From: Sphingopyxis sp.
GTDB lineage: Bacteria > Pseudomonadota > Alphaproteobacteria > Sphingomonadales > Sphingomonadaceae
NCBI RefSeq assembly: GCF_051861155.1
Contig: NZ_JBHYDE010000007.1
Location: forward strand, 152,596-216,595
Length of the DNA stretch: 64,000 bases
Reading direction: 5' to 3'
In this document: positions 9,725 to 18,829 of the stretch, piece after piece
Layout of the letters: every line of letters starts with the position of its first letter
How positions within the stretch are numbered: position 1 is the stretch's first letter
Notes under the pieces: generated by a model
What the model saw: the letters and a program-made list of their open reading frames with translations, nothing else
Told to the model about the DNA's origin: nothing
Databases searched by the model: none
Translations under genes and position numbers: made by a program

Positions 9725-10330
9725 TCAGCCCTGCGGCGGGACCGGCAACGGCTCGGCGTCGGCCTCGTCGGGCGCCGTCGGCATCGGCGCCTGGCCGCTC
9801 GCCTGACGCTCCAGTTCCTCGGCGGCTTTCTGGCGCTCGGCGAGCGCGCGTTCCTCGGCCTGCACCGCGGCCTCGACCTCGTCCGACGCAGCATCGATGC
9901 CCGCAAGGCGCTTGGCGCGTTCGTCGGCGATCATCGCCTGCCAGTCGGTCTTGTCTGCCGCCTGCCGTTCGGCCTTGGCCCCCGCGACCAGCGCCTGGGT
10001 GCAGCCGGTGAAGCCGCCGAGCCCGGTCGGCGAGCAGCTGTCGGTGCCGAAACGGCCGATGCGTTCGACCGCGACGACCTTGTTCGCCCATGCTTCGTTG
10101 CGCACGTCGAGCGGATTGCCGCGCAACATCTCGGGAACGCGGTAACGTTCGCCCTCGGGCAGCTTGGCGCAGACCAGGATTTCGTCGGCGGCGCCCTTCG
10201 GGCATTGATCATTGCCATAAACGACGACCTGATTGACCTTTTCGCCATCGACCGTCGCTTCCTGCGCCATGGCGGGCAGGGGGACGGCACTACCGGCCAG
10301 GATCAGCGCGAACAGGGGCAGGCGGGTCAT
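9725..10330 (-). CDS. Secreted hypothetical protein with four cysteines
   Basis: Signal peptide MTRLPLFALILAGSAVPLPAMA, then CP...EILVC...ERYRVP and SCSPTGLGGFTGC, then an Ala/Glu/Pro-rich tail. Confidence 0.75.
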   Translation of the reverse strand: MTRLPLFALILAGSAVPLPAMAQEATVDGEKVNQVVVYGNDQCPKGAADEILVCAKLPEGERYRVPEMLRGNPLDVRNEAWANKVVAVERIGRFGTDSCSPTGLGGFTGCTQALVAGAKAERQAADKTDWQAMIADERAKRLAGIDAASDEVEAAVQAEERALAERQKAAEELERQASGQAPMPTAPDEADAEPLPVPPQG

Positions 10331-10412
10331 CGGATCTTCCTTCGTCTTGTCTGGTGCGGCTTGGCACCGCGACCCTGCATCGGTCATGAACGGACGGGCA
10401 GGCCCTTATCTA

Positions 10413-10928
10413 TCAGATACGCTTCGACAGCGCGATGGCTGCACGGCAACCGGCGCGGATCGCGAGGCTCAGCACCGGGTAACCCGGTGCGCTTTCGGCG
10501 CCCGCGGCGAGCGCGGCTTGCTTATGCTCCAGTTCCTCGGCGCGGAAATCGGCGACCGCGGCGCTGAGTTCGGGATCGCTGTCGCCAAGCTCGTCAAGCT
10601 GGTCGCGGTAGTGGCGGTCGATCTCGGTCTCGACCGCGGCGGTGCACGCCATCGCGGCGCGCGGCGCCATCGCTGCGGTCACCGCGCCGAGCGCAAAACC
10701 CGCGACGTTCCAGAACGGCTGGAGCGCGGTCGGGCGCACCCCGCGGCTGGCGACCATGCCGTCGAAAAATTTGCGGTGGCGCTCTTCCTGTTCGGCCATA
10801 TGCGCGATCTCGCGCGCCATCGGGTGGCGGTCGCCCATTACCGCGAGCTGGCCGGCATAGATGCGCGTCGCGCCATATTCGCCGGCCTGATCGACCCGGA
10901 TCATCGATGCGGTGCGCTTGCTCGTCAT
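10413..10928 (-). CDS. coq7: Demethoxyubiquinone hydroxylase (Coq7/CLK-1 di-iron family)
   Basis: IRVDQAGEYGA..IYAGQ, EERH, AVETEIDRHY and EELEH di-iron motifs; ATGA overlap with dsbB. Confidence 0.9.
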   Translation of the reverse strand: MTSKRTASMIRVDQAGEYGATRIYAGQLAVMGDRHPMAREIAHMAEQEERHRKFFDGMVASRGVRPTALQPFWNVAGFALGAVTAAMAPRAAMACTAAVETEIDRHYRDQLDELGDSDPELSAAVADFRAEELEHKQAALAAGAESAPGYPVLSLAIRAGCRAAIALSKRI

Positions 10929-11407
10929 ATGGTCGATGTGGTCTTCCGGCGCAGCAAGGTCAAGATAAGTGCCGCCGCGCCGAGCGAAAAGATCGCGTTG
11001 AACCCCGCGAGCGAGATACCGGCCAGCGTCCATTGCGCGGTGTCGCAGCGGATCAGCGGGGCGTTCATGATCGCGTCGAGCGACACCGGCCCGCCGCCGC
11101 CGGTCGCGCAGGTGGTGATGCCTTCCCAAAAGCCATATTCGACCCCGGCGTGGTAAATCCCGATCGCGCCGGAGACGGCGATGGCGAGCGCGGCGAGCAG
11201 CGTCAGGGCGCGCATCGCCCGGTCGTTGGCGCGCAGCAGCAGCGCGAGCAACGCCAGCACGATCGCCGCCTGATGCGGCCACCGCTGCCAGTAACACATC
11301 TCGCACGGATGGAGGCCAAAGCCATATTGCGACACGAGCGCGCCGCTATAGAGCAGCAGCGGCGCGGCAAGCGCGACGGCGGGCGCGGTCAGGCGCGATT
11401 TGGTCAT
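10925..11407 (-). CDS. dsbB: Disulfide bond formation protein B
   Basis: PCEMCYWQRWPH, YHAGVE and a second Cys pair; membrane helices. Confidence 0.9.
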   Translation of the reverse strand: MTKSRLTAPAVALAAPLLLYSGALVSQYGFGLHPCEMCYWQRWPHQAAIVLALLALLLRANDRAMRALTLLAALAIAVSGAIGIYHAGVEYGFWEGITTCATGGGGPVSLDAIMNAPLIRCDTAQWTLAGISLAGFNAIFSLGAAALILTLLRRKTTSTI

Positions 11408-11419
11408 GTCGGCGAACCC

Positions 11420-12820
11420 TTAGTTGCGCGCGGTCGGCTTGGCGGTCGGTTTGGCCGCGGGCTTGCTGCTCTGCGCCATGCGCGGCGCGGCCGGGCTGAT
11501 CCGCCCGATCGTCTGCAAAGCATAGTGGAGCTGGAAGTCCTCGATCCCCTTGGCTTTCAGGTCGGCGGCGGTCGCGGTAAAGCGCGGATCGGCCTTTTCG
11601 TCCTTTTCGAGCAACCCGTCGTCGACCTTCTTCTCGTTTATGAGGTGACGGCGGAGGTCGCTTTCGCGGAATTTCGGCCGCGATGCGTAGTCGGGATCGG
11701 ACAGCTGTGGCACGCGGATGTCGGGATCGATCCCGCCCTCCTGCACGCTGCGCCCCGACGGGGTGTAATAACGCGCGGTGGTCAGCCGCAGCGCGGTGGT
11801 GTCGGACAGAGGCAGCACCGTCTGCACCGATCCCTTGCCGAAACTGCGTTCGCCCATCACGACCGCGCGATGCTGGTCCTGCAGCGCGCCAGCGACGATT
11901 TCGGAGGCCGAAGCCGACCCCGAATCGATCAGCACGACCACCGGAGCGCCGCCCGCCAGGTCGCCGGGTTCGGCGAAATAGCGTTCGATGTCGCCCTTGC
12001 GGCGGCCGCGCTGCGACACGATTTCGCCGCGTTCGAGGAACAGGTCGCTGATCCCGACCGCCTCGTCGAGCAGCCCGCCCGGGTTCGAGCGCAGATCGAC
12101 GATCCAGCCGCGCGGCTTCTTGCCCAGCGACTTTTCGACCGCCATCATCGCAGCGCGCATGTCGGTGGTCGCGTCGGCCGAGAAGCTGGTGACGGTCAGC
12201 ACGCCGACATCGCCGCTGACTTCCCATTTTACGGGCTTCAGGTCGATGACTTCGCGCGTCAGCGTCATTTCGATCGGCTTGTCCTGGCCTTCGCGGACGA
12301 TGGTGACGTCGATCTTGGTGCCTGGACGCCCGCGCATCTGTTCGACCGCTTCGTCGAGCGTCAGACCAAAGATCAGTTCCTTGTTGATGTGGGTGATATA
12401 GTCGCCCGACTTGATTCCGGCCTTGTCGGCGGGGGTGTCGGCGGTCGGCGCGATGACCTTCACCACACCATCTTCCATCGTCACCGACAGGCCCAGACCG
12501 CCATATTCACCGTCGGTCTGGGTGCGCAGGTTCGAAAAGCCGCGCGCGTCGAGATAGCCCGAATGCGGGTCGAGGCTGGCGAGCATGCCGTTGATCGCGC
12601 CTTCGATCAGTTTCGAATCGTCGATCGGTTCGACGTAATTCGATTTCACCTCCAGATAGACGTCCATGAAACGCGAGATTTCTTCTTGCGTCTTGCTGTC
12701 TACGCTCGCCATCGCACCGGTCGCGAGCGGGATGAGCGCCAGCGTCGAGAGCGCGGCGGCACCCTGCCACAACGCAAAGCGGCGCTTCGGAGACACGGGC
12801 GTTTTGATCGAGTCGGTCAT
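11420..12820 (-). CDS. ctpA: S41-family C-terminal processing protease
   Basis: SLDPHS, PDZ region, DLRSNPGGLL, GSASASEIVAGALQD and FGKGSVQ. Confidence 0.95.
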   Translation of the reverse strand: MTDSIKTPVSPKRRFALWQGAAALSTLALIPLATGAMASVDSKTQEEISRFMDVYLEVKSNYVEPIDDSKLIEGAINGMLASLDPHSGYLDARGFSNLRTQTDGEYGGLGLSVTMEDGVVKVIAPTADTPADKAGIKSGDYITHINKELIFGLTLDEAVEQMRGRPGTKIDVTIVREGQDKPIEMTLTREVIDLKPVKWEVSGDVGVLTVTSFSADATTDMRAAMMAVEKSLGKKPRGWIVDLRSNPGGLLDEAVGISDLFLERGEIVSQRGRRKGDIERYFAEPGDLAGGAPVVVLIDSGSASASEIVAGALQDQHRAVVMGERSFGKGSVQTVLPLSDTTALRLTTARYYTPSGRSVQEGGIDPDIRVPQLSDPDYASRPKFRESDLRRHLINEKKVDDGLLEKDEKADPRFTATAADLKAKGIEDFQLHYALQTIGRISPAAPRMAQSSKPAAKPTAKPTARN

Positions 12821-12968
12821 CTGCGTCTTTCAGTCAGGCGGGATTTCCCATCCTATATACCCCGGCACTCCATCCTCCTACGCATTTGCGCGGGCGTCAA
12901 GCGGTGCATCCCGATAGGGGACAGCGCCCGAATGGGGGATTAACCGGCCCGAATCCCGGCAAGCGACG

Positions 12969-14183
12969 TCACCCGATCATCGCGACAATATCGACCGGGC
13001 GGCCGCCGCGGCGCAGCTCGACGGTGATGCGGCTGTCGTCGGACCCGGCGCGGCCGATCGGCGCCCCGTGGTCGAGCGTGTCGCCGACCGCGACCGATAG
13101 CCCGATCATGCCGGTGAGCAAAGAGATCCAACCGCCGCCATGGTCGATGATGACGATCTTGCCATAGCCCCGATAATCGCCGGCAAAGCTGACCCGGCCA
13201 GGGGCGGGGGAAACGACCTGTCCCCCCGGACGCGCCGCGATCGTCACCCCGCGCGACCGCACGCCGCTGTCGTTGACCTCGCCCAGTCCGGCGACGATGC
13301 GGCCGACGACGGGCAGGCGGTACGCGCCCTCGCTCAGCGCCGCTTCGGCGGAGGCAGGCGGCGCGGCGCTGGCGATATTGGCGGCCGGGTTGCGCGGGCG
13401 CGGCAGTGGTCCTGCGAGCTGCACCAGCTCGGCGCGCACCGCGCCGTCGGCTTCGAGCGAGTCCATCAGTTCGACGATGTCGCGGGCTTTCTCGCCCAGC
13501 CCCAGCGCGCGATCGGCCTCAAGCTGCGCGCTGCTCATCAGCTCGCGCGAGCGCAGCCGACCTTCATTCTCCAGCCGCGTCAACGCGCCGCGCCGCTCGG
13601 ACAGTTGGGCCTTGCTGGCCGACAGTGCCTTCAGCGCGACCGCCTGCTGGCGGCGCGTCGTCTGGAGCAGCGTCAATTCCTGGCGCACCCCCGCGGTGCG
13701 GCGCTCGATCACCGGCATCGCCGCATCGATCACCGCGCGCGCGTGGACCATGTCGGTGAGCGATCCCGGCTGCGCCAGCACGCTGACCGGCGGCTGGCGC
13801 GAGAGTTGCTGGAGCGAGGCGGCAAGTTCGAGCAAGGGTTGCTGCTGCTGCGCCAGCCGGGCGCGCTGTGCTGCCAAGCGGCGGCTGACCAGCGCGACGC
13901 GCGCTTCGCCGGCGCTGATGTCTGCCTCAGCCGACTGGATCCGCGCGGCCAGCGCGGCGCTGCGTTTTTTCAGCCGGTCGGCCTCGCTGCTCGCGGCCGC
14001 CGCCTGCGCCTCCAGCCGGGAGCTGCGCGCCATTGCCTCGGCCGATTGCTGCTTGGCGCCCAGCAACTGATTGCGCTCGCGCGCGACGATCGCTTGCGGG
14101 TCGAAAATATCGCTCTGCGCCAGCGCCAGCGCGCCGCCGGACAGCAGGGCAATTGCCGCAAGCGCCGCGAAGGCGCGCCTCAT
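12969..14183 (-). CDS. envC: Murein hydrolase activator EnvC family (coiled coil plus degenerate M23 domain)
   Basis: Signal peptide, long coiled coil, C-terminal GYGKIVIIDHGGG M23-like domain; directly upstream of ctpA. Confidence 0.85.
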   Translation of the reverse strand: MRRAFAALAAIALLSGGALALAQSDIFDPQAIVARERNQLLGAKQQSAEAMARSSRLEAQAAAASSEADRLKKRSAALAARIQSAEADISAGEARVALVSRRLAAQRARLAQQQQPLLELAASLQQLSRQPPVSVLAQPGSLTDMVHARAVIDAAMPVIERRTAGVRQELTLLQTTRRQQAVALKALSASKAQLSERRGALTRLENEGRLRSRELMSSAQLEADRALGLGEKARDIVELMDSLEADGAVRAELVQLAGPLPRPRNPAANIASAAPPASAEAALSEGAYRLPVVGRIVAGLGEVNDSGVRSRGVTIAARPGGQVVSPAPGRVSFAGDYRGYGKIVIIDHGGGWISLLTGMIGLSVAVGDTLDHGAPIGRAGSDDSRITVELRRGGRPVDIVAMIG

Positions 14184-14608
14184 TGCCGTCCCTCACGGTG
14201 ATAGGGGTGGTTCGCGACGATGCTGGTGGCGCGCCACAATTGTTCGGCCAGCATCGCGCGCGCCATCAGATGCGGCCAAGTGGCGCGGCCAAAGGCGATG
14301 ACCTTGTCGGCGCCCTTGCGTTCCTCGGGGGTGAAGCCATCGGCGGCGCCGAGGCAGAAGCGCGCTTCGCGGACTCCGCCGTCGCGCCAGTTTTCCAGCA
14401 ATTTGGCAAATTCAATCGACGACAACTGTTCGCCGCCTTCATCGAGCAGGACCGTGCGGCTGTTATCCGCTGCAGCAGGCACACGCCCGCCCGTATCCGG
14501 AAGCTCGGAAATCTTCTGCGCCCAGATCACGCGCTTCATATAGCGCTCGACCAGTTCGGCCTCGGGCCCCCGCCCGATGCGCCCGCGCGCGATGATGTGC
14601 AGCAACAT
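14180..14608 (-). CDS. rlmH: 23S rRNA (pseudouridine-1915-N3)-methyltransferase
   Basis: LDEGG..LSS.EFA, GAADG, TWPHLMARAMLAEQLWRA and HPYHR. Confidence 0.95.
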   Translation of the reverse strand: MLLHIIARGRIGRGPEAELVERYMKRVIWAQKISELPDTGGRVPAAADNSRTVLLDEGGEQLSSIEFAKLLENWRDGGVREARFCLGAADGFTPEERKGADKVIAFGRATWPHLMARAMLAEQLWRATSIVANHPYHREGRQ

Positions 14609-14641
14609 GACGCCCCGCCTACCCTTGGCAGGGCAGGGACG

Positions 14642-15040
14642 TCAATTTGCGGCTACAACCGGCGGCGCGTCGCCGAACGACCACATGCGCTCGAGATTGT
14701 AGAAGCTACGCACCTCGGGGCGAAACAGATGGACGATGACGTCGCCGGCATCGAGCAGCACCCAATCGGCATTGGGCAGCCCTTCGACGCGGACGCTGCG
14801 GCCCGCTTCCTGCTTGATTCGCTGCGCGAGCTTTTCGGCAATCGCCGAGACATGACGCGTCGAACGGCCGCTCGCGATCACCATATGGTCGGCGATGCTG
14901 CTTTTGCCGGCAAGCGGGATGGAAATGGTTTCCTGAGCCTGGTCCTCATCCAGCTGGTGGAGGATCAGTGCGTGGAGCGCGTCCACGTTGTCATTTGCGG
15001 ATGCGGCGCCATTGGCGGCATCCTGGGTGGCGGAGATCAA
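14642..15040 (-). CDS. rsfS: Ribosome silencing factor
   Basis: IADHMVIASGRSTRHV and WVLLDAGDVIVHLFRPEVRSFYNLERMW. Confidence 0.95.
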   Translation of the reverse strand: MISATQDAANGAASANDNVDALHALILHQLDEDQAQETISIPLAGKSSIADHMVIASGRSTRHVSAIAEKLAQRIKQEAGRSVRVEGLPNADWVLLDAGDVIVHLFRPEVRSFYNLERMWSFGDAPPVVAAN

Positions 15041-15690
15041 ATGCGTCCTTTCCTAGTCGGGTCCACAAGCCGCGAACGCGTCAGCGGATCGCGCAAAGCG
15101 CGACCTTCATAGCGTTCGAACCAGCGGGGGTTGGCCTGCCGTATCGCAGTTGCGGATCGCACATCGGGCGAAAATCGCAGGAACACGAGGGCGGGCGGTC
15201 TCCAGTCCGTCCAATGCAATTTCTGGTCCACGGGCCGGACGAAGCGCCGAAGCCAACCCATCGCACGTCTTGCATGGGCGCGGTCATTATAGCCCGGACG
15301 CGCGATAACCGCAATCGGCATGAGTCGCGCGATTCCCCGCCAGTCGCGCCATTGGGGCAGCTGGGCCAGATTGTCGGCCCCCATGATCCAGATGAACTGG
15401 CGATCGGGGTAGCGGCGGACGAGTTTTTTCAGCGTATCGATCGTGTAGCGCGTGCCCAGCTCGGCCTCGATTCCCGTCGCGCGAATCGGCGAACGCCGCG
15501 CCGCGCGCTGCGCCGATCCGAGGCGTAAGGGGAGCGAGGCCATGCCCGCTTTGGGCTTGAGCGGATTGCCCGGCGACACCAGCCACCACAGCTCGCCCAA
15601 CCCCAGCGCCTCGATCGCGTTCAAACTGATCGCGCGGTGCCCGCCATGCGCGGGGTTGAAGCTTCCGCCGAGGAGGCCGGTGGGGATCAC
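15037..15690 (-). CDS. nadD: Nicotinate-nucleotide adenylyltransferase
   Basis: GGSFNPAHGGH, PGNPLK, IMGADNL and W..W motifs. Confidence 0.92.
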   Translation of the reverse strand: MIPTGLLGGSFNPAHGGHRAISLNAIEALGLGELWWLVSPGNPLKPKAGMASLPLRLGSAQRAARRSPIRATGIEAELGTRYTIDTLKKLVRRYPDRQFIWIMGADNLAQLPQWRDWRGIARLMPIAVIARPGYNDRAHARRAMGWLRRFVRPVDQKLHWTDWRPPALVFLRFSPDVRSATAIRQANPRWFERYEGRALRDPLTRSRLVDPTRKGRI

Positions 15691-15974
15691 AGAAGGGATT
15701 GCCAGTCGCTGCGATTGTGGACGAGCCGAAGGATCATAAGCTGGCCATCGATCATTTCATACAAAAGAACGAAAGGCTGGTCCTTGATCATTAGTTTGCG
15801 TGTACCCGCATGAACGGGTGACCCAACGGCCGGGAATTGATCAAGATTTGCGATCTGATTTCTGATCGCCCGAATCGAACCGGCCGCCTCCTGCGGTTGC
15901 CGATATTCGGTCAGCCAATCGTTGAGCGCAACCAGATCGGCAACTGCCTTTTCCGACCATGTTATTCGGGGCAT
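15687..15974 (-). CDS. Type II toxin, RelE/ParE family
   Basis: ITWSEKAVADL...L..FPAVG...ILRLVH..DW; 95 aa; overlaps the upstream antitoxin. Confidence 0.85.
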   Translation of the reverse strand: MPRITWSEKAVADLVALNDWLTEYRQPQEAAGSIRAIRNQIANLDQFPAVGSPVHAGTRKLMIKDQPFVLLYEMIDGQLMILRLVHNRSDWQSLL

Positions 15975-16225
15975 CGGGCCTCATGACCGGCGATCATATC
16001 ATCCATCATCTTCAGGACATCGGCATGATCCACCGTCCGACCAGCGGAAATGTCGTCACGGCCTTCCTGAATGAACGCAGCAAAGCGAGCTTCCTGTTCG
16101 GCGGCGTGGCGAACTGCCTGCGCCACGAACCAAGCCCGGCTGCGTCCCTGTTCGGCGACGATCTTGTCTACCAGTTCCAGGGTTTCGGCATCGATACGCG
16201 CTGAAATGACGGAATGTTTTGTCAT
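15962..16225 (-). CDS. CopG/ribbon-helix-helix antitoxin
   Basis: VISARID...GRSRAWFVAQAV...FIQEGRDDISAGRTVDH; 87 aa; directly upstream of the toxin. Confidence 0.85.
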   Translation of the reverse strand: MTKHSVISARIDAETLELVDKIVAEQGRSRAWFVAQAVRHAAEQEARFAAFIQEGRDDISAGRTVDHADVLKMMDDMIAGHEARCPE

Positions 16226-16260
16226 GGGTCAAATGTATCACTTGTATACAAATGATTCAA
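16226..16260 (-). promoter_or_regulatory. Toxin-antitoxin promoter and operator (probably leaderless)
   Basis: TTGAAT(16260-16255)-N17-TACATT(16237-16232)-N6-ATG, with palindrome TGTATACA (16243-16250) in the spacer and no SD sequence. Confidence 0.6.
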
Positions 16261-17543
16261 GGCCGGACCTGTCCCGTGCCGCGCACCAGCCATTTATACG
16301 TCGTCAGCCCCTCCAGCGCGACCGGCCCGCGTGCGTGCAGCCGCCCTGTCGCGATGCCGATTTCGGCCCCTAATCCGAATTCGCCGCCGTCGGCGAATTG
16401 GGTCGAGGCGTTGTGCATGACGATTGCGCTATCGACGCCCGCCAAAAAGCGCTCGGCGGCGGCAACATCCTCGGTGACGATCGCGTCGGTGTGCTTGCTC
16501 GAATGCGCGTCGATATGCGCGAGCGCGCCGGAAAGGCCGTTAACCATGGCGATCGCGACTATCGCATCGAGATATTCGGTGTCCCAGTCGCCCGCCGATG
16601 CCGGGTCGACATGCGGGCTCAGTGCCGCGACCGCCTTGTCGCCGCGCACTTCGCAGCCCGCCTTGACCAGTCCATCGATGATGGCGAGGGGCGCGGGATA
16701 GGCGCGGTCGATCAGGATCGTCTCGGTCGCGCCGCAGACGCCGGTGCGGCGCATCTTGGCGTTGACGGCGAGCTCGACGGCTTTCGCGGGATCGGCGGCG
16801 CCGTCGATATAGAGGTGATTGATCCCGTCGAGATGCGCGAGCACGGGCACGCGTGCCTCGTCCTGCACGCGCGCGACGAGGCCTTTGCCGCCGCGCGGGA
16901 TGATGATGTCGATCAGCCCTTGCGCGCGCAGCATCGCGCCGACCGCGGCACGGTCCTGCGTCGGGACAAGCTGCGCCGCATCGGCGGGCAGGCCCGCCTC
17001 GACGAGCCCCGCCGCGAACGCCGCATGGATCGCGCGGTTCGAATGCACCGCCTCGCTGCCGCCACGCAGGATGACGGCGTTACCCGACATCAGCCCGAGC
17101 GCCGCCGCGTCGGCGGTCACATTGGGGCGGCTTTCATAAATGATCCCGACGACGCCGAGCGGCACGCGCACGCGGCTGAGCACCAGCCCGTTGGGACGCG
17201 TCACCCGGTCGATCTCGGCGCCTGCCGGATCGGGCAGCGCGGCGATGGCGTCGATCGCGTCCGCAATGTCGGCCAATCGCCCCGCGTCGAGCCGCAGCCG
17301 GTCGAGCATCGCGCCCGACAGCCCGTTCGTCCGCCCCGCCGCCATATCCTCTGCATTGGCGGCCAGAATCTCGGCGGCGCCGGCACGAATCGCCGCTGCG
17401 GCGGCGACCAGCCCCGCGGCCTTGTCCGCGGTTGCCGCCAGCGCGAGCGTTTTCGCCGCGGCGCGCGCGCGCGCGCCCATATCGGCGATCAGGGCGGCGG
17501 CATCGCCGGGCATCGGCGGCGCGGTGAGGGCTTCGGCGGTCAT
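16257..17543 (-). CDS. proA: Glutamate-5-semialdehyde dehydrogenase
   Basis: [24 protein letters not shown] and [29 protein letters not shown]. Confidence 0.98.
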   Translation of the reverse strand: MTAEALTAPPMPGDAAALIADMGARARAAAKTLALAATADKAAGLVAAAAAIRAGAAEILAANAEDMAAGRTNGLSGAMLDRLRLDAGRLADIADAIDAIAALPDPAGAEIDRVTRPNGLVLSRVRVPLGVVGIIYESRPNVTADAAALGLMSGNAVILRGGSEAVHSNRAIHAAFAAGLVEAGLPADAAQLVPTQDRAAVGAMLRAQGLIDIIIPRGGKGLVARVQDEARVPVLAHLDGINHLYIDGAADPAKAVELAVNAKMRRTGVCGATETILIDRAYPAPLAIIDGLVKAGCEVRGDKAVAALSPHVDPASAGDWDTEYLDAIVAIAMVNGLSGALAHIDAHSSKHTDAIVTEDVAAAERFLAGVDSAIVMHNASTQFADGGEFGLGAEIGIATGRLHARGPVALEGLTTYKWLVRGTGQVRP

Positions 17544-17620
17544 GGCGCCGCCCTATCACGCTTTGCTTGGCCCGCGAAAGTCCCGTTGCGTCGCGCTTCG
17601 CCCGCCTTTAGGCAGGCGCG

Positions 17621-18757
17621 ATGAGCGGGGACATCGAAGGCATTGGGGCGGCGGTAACCGCGGGGCTGGCGGGCCGCGCGGTCGAGCCGCGGCATGGCGG
17701 ACGCACGGGCGGCGGGGGCGAATCATCGCCCGGGCTGCGCTGCCTGAATTGCGGCACCAGCCTGATCGGTTCGCACTGTCATCATTGCGGCCAGCGCGCT
17801 GACGTCCACCGCAGCTTCGGTGCGATCGGGCACGATCTGGTCCACGCGATCTTTCATTTCGAAGGCAAGATCTGGAATACGCTGCCGCTGCTCGCGTGGC
17901 GGCCCGGCGACCTGACGCGCCGCTATATCCATGGCGAGCGCGCGCGCTTCCTCTCGCCGCTCGCGCTGTTCCTGTTCGCGGTGTTCCTGACCTATGCGGT
18001 GCTGGCGATGGTCGGCAGCGGCGGCGGGGTGGGCGAGGATATTGCCAAGGCGGCGGAGGCGCAGACGCGCTCGAACGCCCTCAAGGAGAGTTTCGAGACC
18101 GAAGTCGATCGCATCGACGCGCGGCTAGCGGACAAGGCCCTGCCAGCGGCCGAGCGGCGGCAACTCGAGGAGGAGCGCACGACGCTTCAGAAAAGCGCCG
18201 GGTACCTCCGCATCGCGCGCCGCCTGACCCAGGCCGAACTCGACAAGGGGCCGCCGGTGCTCGACGATCCGGTCGATCAGGTAATGACCGGCGCCGATTT
18301 CCTGTCGCAGACCAAGGTCGATACCGGGGTGCCGTTTATCGATCAGGGGCTGCAAAAGGCGATCGCGAACCCCGCGCTGATGTTCTACAAACTTCAGGCG
18401 AACGCGTATAAATTCGCCTGGGCGCTGATCCCGCTGTCGCTGCCTTTTCTATGGCTGCTGTTTCCGTTCAGCCGCCGCTTCCACACCTATGACCATTTCG
18501 TCTTCGTCACCTACTCGATCAGCTTCATGCTGCTCCTGTTCGTGGTCGTGCGGCTGTTCAACCTGACGATCTTTGGCGACGTCGCGACCGCCTTTGCGCT
18601 GCTATATGTGCCGTTTCATATGTATCGCCAACTGCGCGGCGCTTATCGCTCGTCGAGGTTTGGGGCGCTGGTGCGCACCAGTCTGCTGCTCGTCTTCAGC
18701 CTCTATTCGGTAATGATGTTCATGTTCCTGCTGCTCGCGCTCGGGGTGATGGGTTAG
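17621..18757 (+). CDS. DUF3667 domain membrane protein with a zinc ribbon
   Basis: CLNCG...HCHHCGQ followed by RRYIHGERARFLSPL.LF; multiple transmembrane segments. Confidence 0.8.
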   Translation: MSGDIEGIGAAVTAGLAGRAVEPRHGGRTGGGGESSPGLRCLNCGTSLIGSHCHHCGQRADVHRSFGAIGHDLVHAIFHFEGKIWNTLPLLAWRPGDLTRRYIHGERARFLSPLALFLFAVFLTYAVLAMVGSGGGVGEDIAKAAEAQTRSNALKESFETEVDRIDARLADKALPAAERRQLEEERTTLQKSAGYLRIARRLTQAELDKGPPVLDDPVDQVMTGADFLSQTKVDTGVPFIDQGLQKAIANPALMFYKLQANAYKFAWALIPLSLPFLWLLFPFSRRFHTYDHFVFVTYSISFMLLLFVVVRLFNLTIFGDVATAFALLYVPFHMYRQLRGAYRSSRFGALVRTSLLLVFSLYSVMMFMFLLLALGVMG

Positions 18758-18829
18758 CCCAAATCCGGGCGGCGCCGAATCGTAACAAAGCCCGGGCAAA
18801 GAACCCGCCGGTCGAGGAGGAGATTTGCG

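Noticed and set aside
18758-18829. Pho box upstream of phoD
   Set aside because: At most one weak half-site (CGTAACA), with no 11-bp-phased repeat.
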